Below are positions 55,359 through 64,000 of a stretch of 64,000 nucleotides of DNA, piece by piece. The notes under the pieces were generated by a model. It was not told the DNA's origin and searched no databases. It worked only from the letters and a program-made list of their open reading frames with translations. A program made the translations under genes and the position numbers. Within the stretch, counting starts at the first letter, position 1. Each line of letters starts with the position of its first letter. This stretch comes from Tortispora ganteri. Taxonomy: Eukaryota. The stretch covers positions 310,001-374,000 of the forward strand of contig PPNB01000001.1 of the NCBI GenBank assembly GCA_003707115.1, given 5' to 3'.

Positions 55359-56876
55359 ATGGGACAACTTTTCTTTTGGGCTCTTAGCGCCTTCACAAGT
55401 GTTGTCTTTGCAGCTAACATTAATCCCGTTATCATCAAAGGTAAACACTTCTTCGACAGTGTAACTGGAGAGCCATTCTTTATTCGAGGTGTAGACTACC
55501 AGCCTGGTGGAGAAGGTGGAGTTAATTTTGGAGCCGACGTTCTATCAGATCCTACCAGCTGTGCACGCGATGCGTACCTTCTTCAGAATCTAAAAGTGAA
55601 CACTATTCGTGTTTATGCAGTCGATCCAACAGTTCAACACGACGAATGTATGTCGCTTTTTGCTGCTGCAGGTATTTATGTAATGCTTGACTTAAATTCA
55701 CCGCTCAAAGACCGTCATCTGCATCGGTACGAACCCTGGACAACATACACACAAAGCTACCTAGAGAACACATTTTCTGTGATTGATGCCTTTTCTGGTT
55801 ACGACAACATTCTTGCTTACTTTGTCGGTAATGAGGTAGTCAACGACCATATCTCTGCCGAAGCAAGTCCTGTTTACATCAAGGCATTGATTCGTGACGT
55901 GAAAAACTACATGGATATCAGTTCCGAGGTCAACAGACCGATCCCCTTGGGCTACTCAGCGGCAGACGACCTCAGATTCAGAGTTTCTCTTCCGAAATAC
56001 CTCGCTTGTGGCCCAGAGAAAGAATCAGTCGATTTTTACGGTGTCAACTCCTATCAATGGTGTGGAGATCAGACTATGCAAAGCTCTGGATACAACATTC
56101 TCGTTCAGGACTACTCAGACTTCTCTATTCCTATTATTTTTTCTGAGTTCGGATGCAACGCTGTCACACCGCGAATGTTCCAGGAGATTGACGCCCTGTT
56201 TAGTGAGCAAATGACGTCCGTATTCTCAGGCGGGTTGGTATACGAGTACACTCAGGGTATTAACAACTACGGCTTGGTCAGTATCGATCCAAACACCGGT
56301 GCTGCACATACTTTACCCGATTACGACACTGTAATGTCTCGATACACGAAGAATGAGCATCCTAAAGCAAAAATCAGCGAAAGCGGTTCACGAGTATCTG
56401 AGTGCAAAGATACTTACTCTAACATCAGAACAGGCGCAATTCCAGAATGCCCGATTCCGATCAGGCCGGTTGACTCCAGCATGTACTTCCCAGGAAGGCT
56501 GCGCGAACTAGAGTCACTCTCTAGTACTCTAGATATCTACAACTCTACGGGTCATAAGATCACCGACTGGCATGTAGCCAAAACGCACAGTTACAGGCAT
56601 TCTGGAACCGTCGCCGATATTCCGCAGGCACTTTCTCCTAAAGCCGTAGACGATTCAATAGCTGTTGTTTCAGGAACAGCAACAGTCACTCCTGTAGCGA
56701 CGACAGTCAGTACATCAACTGAATCTCGAACCAGCAATAGCAACACCTCCTCAGCAGCATTGCGCACTACTATGGCGAAATCTGCGGCAAATAGTCTGAT
56801 TCACAACTGCGCTGCATTTAAGTTGGGGATAGCCGTCTCTATATTGGCCGGTACTATACCCCGAGCAATGTATTAA
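55359..56876 (+). CDS. GH72 beta-1,3-glucanosyltransferase lacking an obvious X8 domain, GPI-type tail (Gas4-like)
   Basis: Signal peptide, GVDYQPGG, NTIRVY, GNEV, GYSAAD, SEFGC, Ser/Thr tail and hydrophobic end. Confidence 0.9.
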   Translation: MGQLFFWALSAFTSVVFAANINPVIIKGKHFFDSVTGEPFFIRGVDYQPGGEGGVNFGADVLSDPTSCARDAYLLQNLKVNTIRVYAVDPTVQHDECMSLFAAAGIYVMLDLNSPLKDRHLHRYEPWTTYTQSYLENTFSVIDAFSGYDNILAYFVGNEVVNDHISAEASPVYIKALIRDVKNYMDISSEVNRPIPLGYSAADDLRFRVSLPKYLACGPEKESVDFYGVNSYQWCGDQTMQSSGYNILVQDYSDFSIPIIFSEFGCNAVTPRMFQEIDALFSEQMTSVFSGGLVYEYTQGINNYGLVSIDPNTGAAHTLPDYDTVMSRYTKNEHPKAKISESGSRVSECKDTYSNIRTGAIPECPIPIRPVDSSMYFPGRLRELESLSSTLDIYNSTGHKITDWHVAKTHSYRHSGTVADIPQALSPKAVDDSIAVVSGTATVTPVATTVSTSTESRTSNSNTSSAALRTTMAKSAANSLIHNCAAFKLGIAVSILAGTIPRAMY

Positions 56877-57826
56877 ACCTTATTATTTGTGTAACATGTT
56901 TGATTCGATATAGTAAATGCTCCTGATTGTAATTGTGCCAGGTGCGGATTAATCTCAGGTACTAAACTACTATATAGAAACTTTGCACTATTTGTCGGCT
57001 TCGCTAATGATGTATTGCATCTGCGAATTTCTCCGAAATCCCGGCTGCGCTGCTGTCAGAATCTGCTGCATGTTCGCACCTGTTACGCCAAAGCAATTCA
57101 CAGAATGTCTAGTCCCGTGCACAGTCTCAAGAGCGCTAATTAATTCAGCTACAGTTCTAATATTATAACCTCATTACAATCGAATAGACCTTTCCAGCCA
57201 TTTACCGCAACTTTAACTTATCCTAAACTATGCCTTAGACTTTGGCCGTCACTATAAATCGCGAAACCACAAACCGATTGATGTCACGAGCAGTATGGTT
57301 AAACTATTTACACCACCCTTGTGATAGGGTCTCGATGCCGATTGAACATCACACGAACAGTGTTGATTTTCCAATTTTCTGAACATACCGAAAATTCCTA
57401 CCAGATAACTTTGGCGCCACTACAAAAATATCGCTGTAATCGCTACTTTAACGTCAAGCCAACCCTTCCACATGTCAATTTCGCCGCACTAAAATGAGAA
57501 CTATGCACATTTTACCACCAACTTGGTAACCTTATTGCAGCTCTATTAGACTTTTGTAACCCCAAAGATCAGTCTAAAAAGCTATCGACTACTCCTATTG
57601 GTTGCATTCGATTAAATGACACATACATGGCCGGGTAACATACTAAGCCTATTTCTGGCAGATATCCCTTTATTTTAGACCAGTACCTTCATCTGGCCAC
57701 TAATTTGCTTTATCGCACCATCCCTGTTAGCCCGCCGACTCCGTTGCACTATATATATATAAATAGCCTCAAAACTATTTCCTCGCACTATTTCTCTTCT
57801 TAGAGCACGCTCTTCCTTAAAAAAAA

Positions 57827-59000
57827 ATGACTGTTCGCAAACGTTCTGAAACACCTACTCCTGTCGATCCTAGCAAACGCTCCACGATGTCCACAGAAGA
57901 ATGCGAGAAGCTTCTCGAGGCAAAAAAGAAAATGCCCCCCAGAAAGCGTGCAAAAACAGAAGACGAAAAGTACCAAAGATATGTTGAGCGTATACTTCGA
58001 AATCGCCGTTCAGCGCATTCCTCTCGCGAGAAAAAAAGACGCCAACTACAGGACATGGAGACAACAATCAGTTGCCTTCTAGAACATGTTTGCCGACTCG
58101 AGCAGAAGAACGCTATTTTGCATGATGCTATTGACAGCATCCCTTTACAAACCCGCTCGAAATACATATCTGAGGAAAATACAGCAAGAATCCCGGCTTT
58201 GCACTTTATAGAACCTCCAACTGTTTCCTCTGGTAACTCTCTCCAAATACGCGATTCCGCTGGTGCACCATTAGACTCATACGATGTCTCAAAAACTGTT
58301 TCGGCTCTAAAGGATGGTAACTACATGGTAGAGCAGTTGTTTAATATTGCGCCATATACTACCTCTTCCTCTACTTCAGCCTCGCCAGTGTCTTTTCGCG
58401 AGTCCGAAAGCATATCTGACACTTCGTCTGCCAACGTCAAAGCTGAACACGATCTTGTTTATGAAATCGCTGACAAGCATGATATTATCAAGCCTAACAG
58501 CAGTGATTCGGTTCCTAACTCTAATCACGCTACGCCCTCTTCCATCATATCCACGCCACATTTAATTTCGCCTAGCTCGTCTTTGGCAAGTGCCCCTTCT
58601 CCGGAAAACCTTGAACCAGCAATAGACTTCTTCCCTCGGTTTGGTTCAACCTCGGACAAGTCTGACTACGTTCCCTACGAAGTTGATATTGATACCATAA
58701 GGCCATCAAGTATGTTGCCTCACCCTGCAGTGGTGTTCGCTCAACAGTTGACCAGCAGTGCCTAACTCGATGGACCTTGATGGTATAATTTCACTTACGA
58801 ATGGTTACGATATTATGACAGACAACCGTGTTGATGCTGATAAATTGACTGAACTTACGCCGGATCTCGCTAAACGACATAACGACGAGTTCTTGGTCGC
58901 GTACGAACCAGCAGATCATAGTCTGCTGGTGGACGACTCAAGCTCTTTGAAAATCCTGGAGCTCGACGGCTCGTTCGAACGAAGCTTATTTAAATGTTGA
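57827..59000 (+). CDS. HAC1: UPR bZIP factor Hac1; spliced form 381 aa (exons 57827-58727, 58756-59000), unspliced form 312 aa
   Basis: PPRKRAKTEDEK.QR.VERILRNR.SAH.SREKKR; HPAV motif at the non-canonical intron. Confidence 0.95.
58728..58755 (+). other. Ire1-cleaved non-spliceosomal intron, 28 nt
   Basis: CTG|CAGT and CAG|CAGT 7-nt loops on stems; removal fuses the bZIP frame to the 58758-59000 ORF. Confidence 0.88.
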
Positions 59001-59295
59001 TCATTTTTTTGATGTACCACCAAGCTATACTCGTTAAGCGAGTGAAAGATGTTAATTTTAGTACTAATTTCGGTACCTTTCCTGAGCATTTATAAGATTG
59101 CTCTATTTTGCATATTTCTTCTTCTTTTTGTTTCTTAATTTACTGCTAAACCAACAGCAATCTCTCATTATCGTGACTAGCGATACTATTGTTGCGTTGT
59201 GTTCTTTCACTCGGATGCATATTTATTGACTGACTGAGCTCTTTATCCTCATCGAATGTTGATTCCTCTACGTTGAGGTCTGCCTGCTTTACAGC

Positions 59296-59460
59296 TTCTT
59301 TTAGCCTGACTTAAGTGAAAACTAGCCTAGTTTGCTGAGCCTGTTTATGTTAGACATGTGGCGCGCTTGTTACTCTTATAGCTGCGACTGGTCAAACTTC
59401 ACGGTGCTTGTCTCTGTACCAAACACATCGGCTTGCAGTTTTTGCTTAAGGCGCTAGGAA
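59296..59460 (+). promoter_or_regulatory. HAC1 3'UTR stem-loop carrying 3'BE-like motifs
   Basis: TGGCGCG 59359-59365 and GCGAC 59384-59388 face each other in a long hairpin (59310-59323 pairs with 59437-59450). Confidence 0.65.
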
Positions 59461-60017
59461 GCATTGGGCACAAGTAACCACTTCGATACTGTATAGAGAG
59501 ATGAGTCATACTAATCTTTGGACTGAGTAAAGTACACAACCATTTGCTTAGTTATACAGTAAATTACAATAAGATATGTTTTACGGATTATTGATCTGTC
59601 AGTTAATGTAATAACGTAGAAGAATTCGGCCAATCCTAAGCCTCGCATGATGTTTGATGCCAACAGATAGCAAATGTGACATGTCTAGCCTATAAGAAAC
59701 GTTTCATATGGTATACGTATCAATGTCAAGAATCATAAGGTTAATATTGAATAACTACATAGTCTCTTATTGGATATTCCTGTAATCTCCCGATGGAAAT
59801 AAAACTTTTACTATTGGTAGTTCAAACGTCAAAAATAAAAAAGCATATAGGAGTATACTTATTGGCTGATGACGACCAATCACAAATGTCCTATTGAACC
59901 CTGAGGTCGCATGATCGCTGCGAGAGTTGCATCTCTAACCATATATATAGCTGTTATTACTGATCTGCAGTTTTTAACCATTCAAAATATAATCAAATTA
60001 CTAATTTTCATATCAAA

Positions 60018-60260
60018 ATGGTCTGCTGTGGAAAATCATCTAACTCATGCATTTGCGCTCAAGAAGCTCGCTGCTCATGTGGAGCTCAGCCTGCTCGCGC
60101 TTGCGTCTGCGAGAAGGCATCTGTCGAGAACAGCTCTCAGGACGAGACATGCAGTTGCGGTATGAGAGCAGTTGGTCAATGCACCTGTTCGCGATCAGCA
60201 GTTGAAAACGTAAACAGTGGACTACGCGAAGGCGAAATTGATTTCACCAACTGCAAGTGA
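60018..60260 (+). CDS. CRD2: Crd2-like Cys-rich metallothionein
   Basis: C.CAQ...CSCG.QPA..C.C.KASVEN...C.CG.R....CTC....GE.DFT; TATA-like run at about 59941. Confidence 0.8.
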   Translation: MVCCGKSSNSCICAQEARCSCGAQPARACVCEKASVENSSQDETCSCGMRAVGQCTCSRSAVENVNSGLREGEIDFTNCK

Positions 60261-60389
60261 ACAGGTCAAACGTTTATTAATTTGTTCTCTCTTTTCACGA
60301 TCTGCATTAATTAATATAATTACGACTCATCTTGCTTAGCTAGATTTCATATTACTATGGCTTTATATGAACATGTGTATATATGTAGA

Positions 60390-61271
60390 CTAGTTCCTCT
60401 TGTACACATCTCTAGCAGATGCCTGATGGTTAGGGAAGATCAATGCATTAGCAAAGACGATGTTCTCTCTACGCGAAGCAATAAAGACTATGTACTCAGC
60501 AATGTCTCTAGCCACGAGGGGTTCAGCACCCTCATAAACCTTTTTAGCCTTATCCGTATCTCCGCGGAATCGCACGATCGAGAACTCGGTCTCCACCTGA
60601 CCGGGGTCGACTTCCATGACACGGATTCTAGTGTCTATAGATTCTTTGCGCAACGACTCGGTAAATGATCTGATCGCAGCCTTAGTAGCGCAGTAGATGC
60701 TTCCACCAGGATAAGGATCGAGTCCGGCAATTGAACCGAGGTTAATTATATCACCTCGGTTACGAGCTCGCATGCCCTTGATAACAGCCTGAGTGAGGGC
60801 GATGAGACCAATAACATTGGTTGCAAACATAACATCGATATCAGCAGCCTGAATCTCGCCAACCTTCTCGACACCAAATACCATTCCGGCGTTGTTCACC
60901 AGAACATCTACCTCGCTGAACTCCTTGGGAAGGTTTTCGACAAAAGCAGGAATGTCACTGGTTTTGGTCATATCAAGAGCGCCAGTATGCACCTGAATAT
61001 TTGGAAATTTTTCCTTTAGTTCACCTCGGAGTTTATCGAGACGATCAACTCGGCGGGCAGTCAAGACCAACTTGATGTTGCCATTGGAGGTAATAGCGAA
61101 TTCTTTAGCAGTGGCCTCGCCAATGCCTGCAGAGGCACCGGTAATAAGCACAGTTTTGCCAGAAAGACGATCAGCAGCAGCAGTGCTAAATGATGACATG
61201 GTTCTGGAAATATTTCTGGTTGTAATAACGTGTGATAGTCTTTGTCGTACAAGTCCGAAAGCCCAGTTCAT
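60390..61271 (-). CDS. NADP-dependent 3-hydroxy acid dehydrogenase SDR (Ymr226c/YdfG-like); second ATG at 61199
   Basis: TGASAGIG, NNAG, YCATK, PGQVETEFS.VRFRGD, PNHQAS. Confidence 0.92.
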   Translation of the reverse strand: MNWAFGLVRQRLSHVITTRNISRTMSSFSTAAADRLSGKTVLITGASAGIGEATAKEFAITSNGNIKLVLTARRVDRLDKLRGELKEKFPNIQVHTGALDMTKTSDIPAFVENLPKEFSEVDVLVNNAGMVFGVEKVGEIQAADIDVMFATNVIGLIALTQAVIKGMRARNRGDIINLGSIAGLDPYPGGSIYCATKAAIRSFTESLRKESIDTRIRVMEVDPGQVETEFSIVRFRGDTDKAKKVYEGAEPLVARDIAEYIVFIASRRENIVFANALIFPNHQASARDVYKRN

Positions 61272-61511
61272 ACACTTAAAGAGCCGGGGCAGTTATCACT
61301 TATGTAGAGTGTTGAGTATTGTTTGATAGCCAATTCTAAGTGAATGGAAATCGGCAATTCTTAGGAACTGATGGTGAACGCAGTCTATTATCCTATAATA
61401 ATAGGCTATTATATATATGCAAGCGATAAGTTTTAAATCGTTAGTGGAAAAGTGGGGATGGTATGCAATAGCGGAACATGTTACCCGGATGTCGAGATCG
61501 TGGGGGCTTTT

Positions 61512-61678
61512 TGTTGGAGAACTACCTGGTTAGGGTAATGTGGCTTAGGGTTTTGAGCACAATGAGAGAAACTACGTGTAAGTAGGTGATGTATTAAAAA
61601 GAGGGGAAACCTTAACCTGTAGTACAATCTGAGCTAAAACCCTCTGCTACATTATCCTAACCAGGTAGATCTCCAACA
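61512..61678 (+). repeat. 167-bp LTR-like unit with its own ~47-bp imperfect terminal inverted repeat
   Basis: Starts TGTTGGAGA and ends TCTCCAACA; TATTAAAA inside; immediately followed by the PBS. Confidence 0.75.
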
Positions 61679-61692
61679 GGTTAAAAGCCGAA
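61679..61692 (+). other. Primer-binding site for a tRNA-Lys(UUU) half-molecule
   Basis: GGTTAAAAGCCGAA is the reverse complement of UUCGGCUUUUAACC, the anticodon arm of yeast tRNA-Lys(UUU) as recalled from memory. Confidence 0.7.
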
Positions 61693-61698
61693 ATATCA

Positions 61699-62364
61699 AT
61701 GACTGGAACTCGAGGACGTGGCCGTCGCAACATTCAAAGCGAAGTTTCAACTGGAACAAACAATGACAACATTAATATTTTAGAAGCCTCTAAGGTTTCT
61801 GAAGAAACCTCACGACCTTCTCAACCTATCTTGTTAACTCGTAAAGAAATTAATGATCTGTCCAACAACTCCGAGGAAATAAGGATTCTTGAAAGCATCA
61901 ACGCCGAGAAGTTAGCCAACTCAATAAGAAGCACATTGCAAACTGCTCTTTATGTCATTAAGAAACAATATGTTTTAGATGCTGAATCATATGGCGATGT
62001 CCATTTTCTGCTATCAAACATACTTGGCTGTGCTAATTCAAGCCAACATCCTTTCAAGATTTCCCGTTGGATAAAAGAGGAACCTTACCTGGAAGAACAT
62101 TCAATCATTAGCGCTACTGGCCTAAGACTTCCAAGAAATTGGCGATTTGTTGAACATAATGAAGCCAAATTAGTTCTTCTGGCAATTGTCACTCCAAGCT
62201 CCTTAAGGAAACATGTGAATCTCTTAGCTGGCAATCCTGAATATGCCGCTGAACTAGGCACAATTGGTAACCGTACTGCTCCAACTTTGCGTCAAATCAT
62301 GGAAAAAGTATACATGGACTACATGGATGCTTATGCCACAAGCGGCCAAGCTGCTGATGACTGA
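61699..62364 (+). CDS. Gag/capsid-like ORF of the element (221 aa)
   Basis: ATG 6 nt after the PBS; weak resemblance to copia gag helices (NEAKLVLLAIV..S...HV ... TA....IMEKVY); no zinc knuckle, no pol. Confidence 0.55.
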   Translation: MTGTRGRGRRNIQSEVSTGTNNDNINILEASKVSEETSRPSQPILLTRKEINDLSNNSEEIRILESINAEKLANSIRSTLQTALYVIKKQYVLDAESYGDVHFLLSNILGCANSSQHPFKISRWIKEEPYLEEHSIISATGLRLPRNWRFVEHNEAKLVLLAIVTPSSLRKHVNLLAGNPEYAAELGTIGNRTAPTLRQIMEKVYMDYMDAYATSGQAADD

Positions 62365-62878
62365 CTCAATCAAGCCATAGGCTTTTAGATTGACCACTCT
62401 AATACTTCACCTACTTACACGTAGTTTCTCTCATTGTGCTCAAAACCCTAACTACATTACCCTAACCAGGTAGTTCTCCAACACTTTTTTGCGGGGCAGT
62501 AAAATTCGTATTGGTGATGCAGGATTTGATCAGGAGTGGCTGTAATATTATACTATTGGGCTGGTCATTTGACCATGAATGATTCACATACATTAAGAGT
62601 TGCGGTACGACTCCTGCACCGAGTGTCCTGTGCTTGAACAAAGCGGCACTAAATACATTCAAGTATATGAACGTTTAGATCATATATGCAGATGAATTTA
62701 CATATCGTGAAGGTTGATATACATAAAAAAAATCATGTTGAAACATACCTAAAAAGCTTAAAGAAACGTTCCTGCCGTTAATTCCTGTTAACCCGCTGGG
62801 TGTTTTCTTTGCATACTTTATTGATATCTTCAAGCTCGACCCTACCCAAACTGCTACCCTGATTCTATTCAGGGCACT

Positions 62879-64000
62879 ATGACGTCCAAAAATGTCGTAA
62901 ATAATATGAAAGGTAAGTGTTTAACCCCCACGTACTTATTATTTTATCTTTTTGAGCATCCAAGGTCTAACAAATGCTAGGATTGGTTCAGTTTATCTCA
63001 GATTTGAGAAATTCTCGCGATTCTAGTTATGAGGAGAAGAGAATCAACGCTGAGCTAGCAAACATCCGCTCTAAATTTAAAGACTTATCTTTAAATGGGT
63101 ACCAAAAGAAGAAGTATGTATGTAAATTACTGTATATATATACTCTAGGGTACCCAATTGATTTTGGACATTTCGAGGCGGTGCAATTGCTCGGTTCGCA
63201 AAAGTACAGCGAAAAACAGATAGGATACCTTTTTATTAGCCTGATTCTGAACGAAAAAGACGATCTCACTAATTTGGTTATCAATTCGATAAAGAAAGAT
63301 TTACAAAGTCATCTTGAGGTTTATAATTGTTTGGCTCTGCATTGTGTGGCCAATATCGGCAGTGCCGAAATGGCCGTTGCTCTTTCTGAAGTAGTACAGC
63401 AATTACTCAACTCACATGTGACCAAACCATACGTGCGCAAGAAAGCAGCTCTTGCCCTTCTTAGACTCTACAATAAGGACTCTGCTATATATAAACCGGA
63501 AATGACCCATAGAATCTGTGCAATTTTGCAGGACGAAGACCTTGGCGTGGTTACTGCCGGTTGTTCTCTTATTGCTACAATGGCCGAGTCAAATCCTGTC
63601 GCATTCACAGAGGCCTATAACCCTGCTGTCCAGATTTTGTACGAACTTATAGTGAACGGAGACTGCCCGCACGAATATATCTATTACAATCTACCATCTC
63701 CTTGGCTGTCTGTCAAGCTACTCCAGCTGCTTCAGATCCTGCCCGCACCTGATGATTCTGTGCTCAGTAACAGATTGTCCGAGATTCTGCGCTATGTGTT
63801 TAGTAACTACACTGCAATGTGTTCTAATGTGCAACAAAGCAATGCGCAGAATGCTGTAGTATTTGAAGCCGTCAACCTCGTTATTCACATGAACTCAGAT
63901 CCATCTTTGCTGCATAAGTGTTATCAAACGTTAGGAAACTCTCTCAGTGCCCCTCTAATTAATTTCCAGTACGTTTCCTTGGAGGCAATGGCGTATCTGG
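62879..64000 (+). CDS. APL3: AP-2 adaptor alpha subunit, 5' part; exons 62879-62912 and 62981 onward
   Basis: 68-nt intron; MKG|LVQFISDLRN..EEKRINAELANIRSKFK..GYQKKKYVCKL.YIY.LG. Confidence 0.95.

Larger units (their letters stand above)
61512..62483 (+). mobile_element. Copia/Ty5-related non-autonomous element with inverted termini and 5-bp TSD
   Basis: TGTTGG...CCAACA ends; inverted repeats 61512-61596 and 62400-62483; CTTTT at 61507-61511 and 62484-62488. Confidence 0.88.

Noticed and set aside
61512..62483. DIRS-type tyrosine-recombinase element (inverted repeats plus internal complementary region)
   Set aside because: DIRS elements make no TSD and use no tRNA primer; here there are TG..CA ends, a 5-bp TSD and a PBS.
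1..64000. Many 60-210 aa antisense or alternate-frame ORFs in the track; tRNA, rRNA, snRNA and CRISPR signatures
   Set aside because: The shadow ORFs lie over well-supported genes. No such RNA gene or array signature was seen by eye, though a scan could still find divergent ones.

Overview
Gene-dense fungal nuclear DNA, probably an early-diverging budding yeast (inference: few short GT-AG introns with CTAAC branch points, very small intergenic gaps, CUG at conserved Leu positions, short Ire1-type HAC1 intron). There are about 36 mostly housekeeping genes, from a 5' part of TOM1 running off the left edge to a 5' part of APL3 running off the right edge. Seven genes need an intron-containing 5' exon that the ORF track misses. 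The main find is a 972-bp insertion at 61512-62483 with a 5-bp target duplication (CTTTT). It consists of a 167-bp TG..CA LTR-like unit, a primer-binding site complementary to the anticodon arm of tRNA-Lys(UUU), an open 221-codon gag-like ORF, and then an INVERTED copy of the LTR 5' end instead of pol and a direct 3' LTR. Other notable items: a HAC1 with a 28-nt Ire1 intron plus a 3'BE-like hairpin, a distant branch point bridged by a hairpin in RPT6, a hairpin intron in SEC4, a GATA-rich divergent transporter/amine-oxidase pair with a structured uORF-containing leader, and an unexplained long hairpin upstream of APL3. All family assignments come from motif recognition by eye; no searches or folding programs were run.
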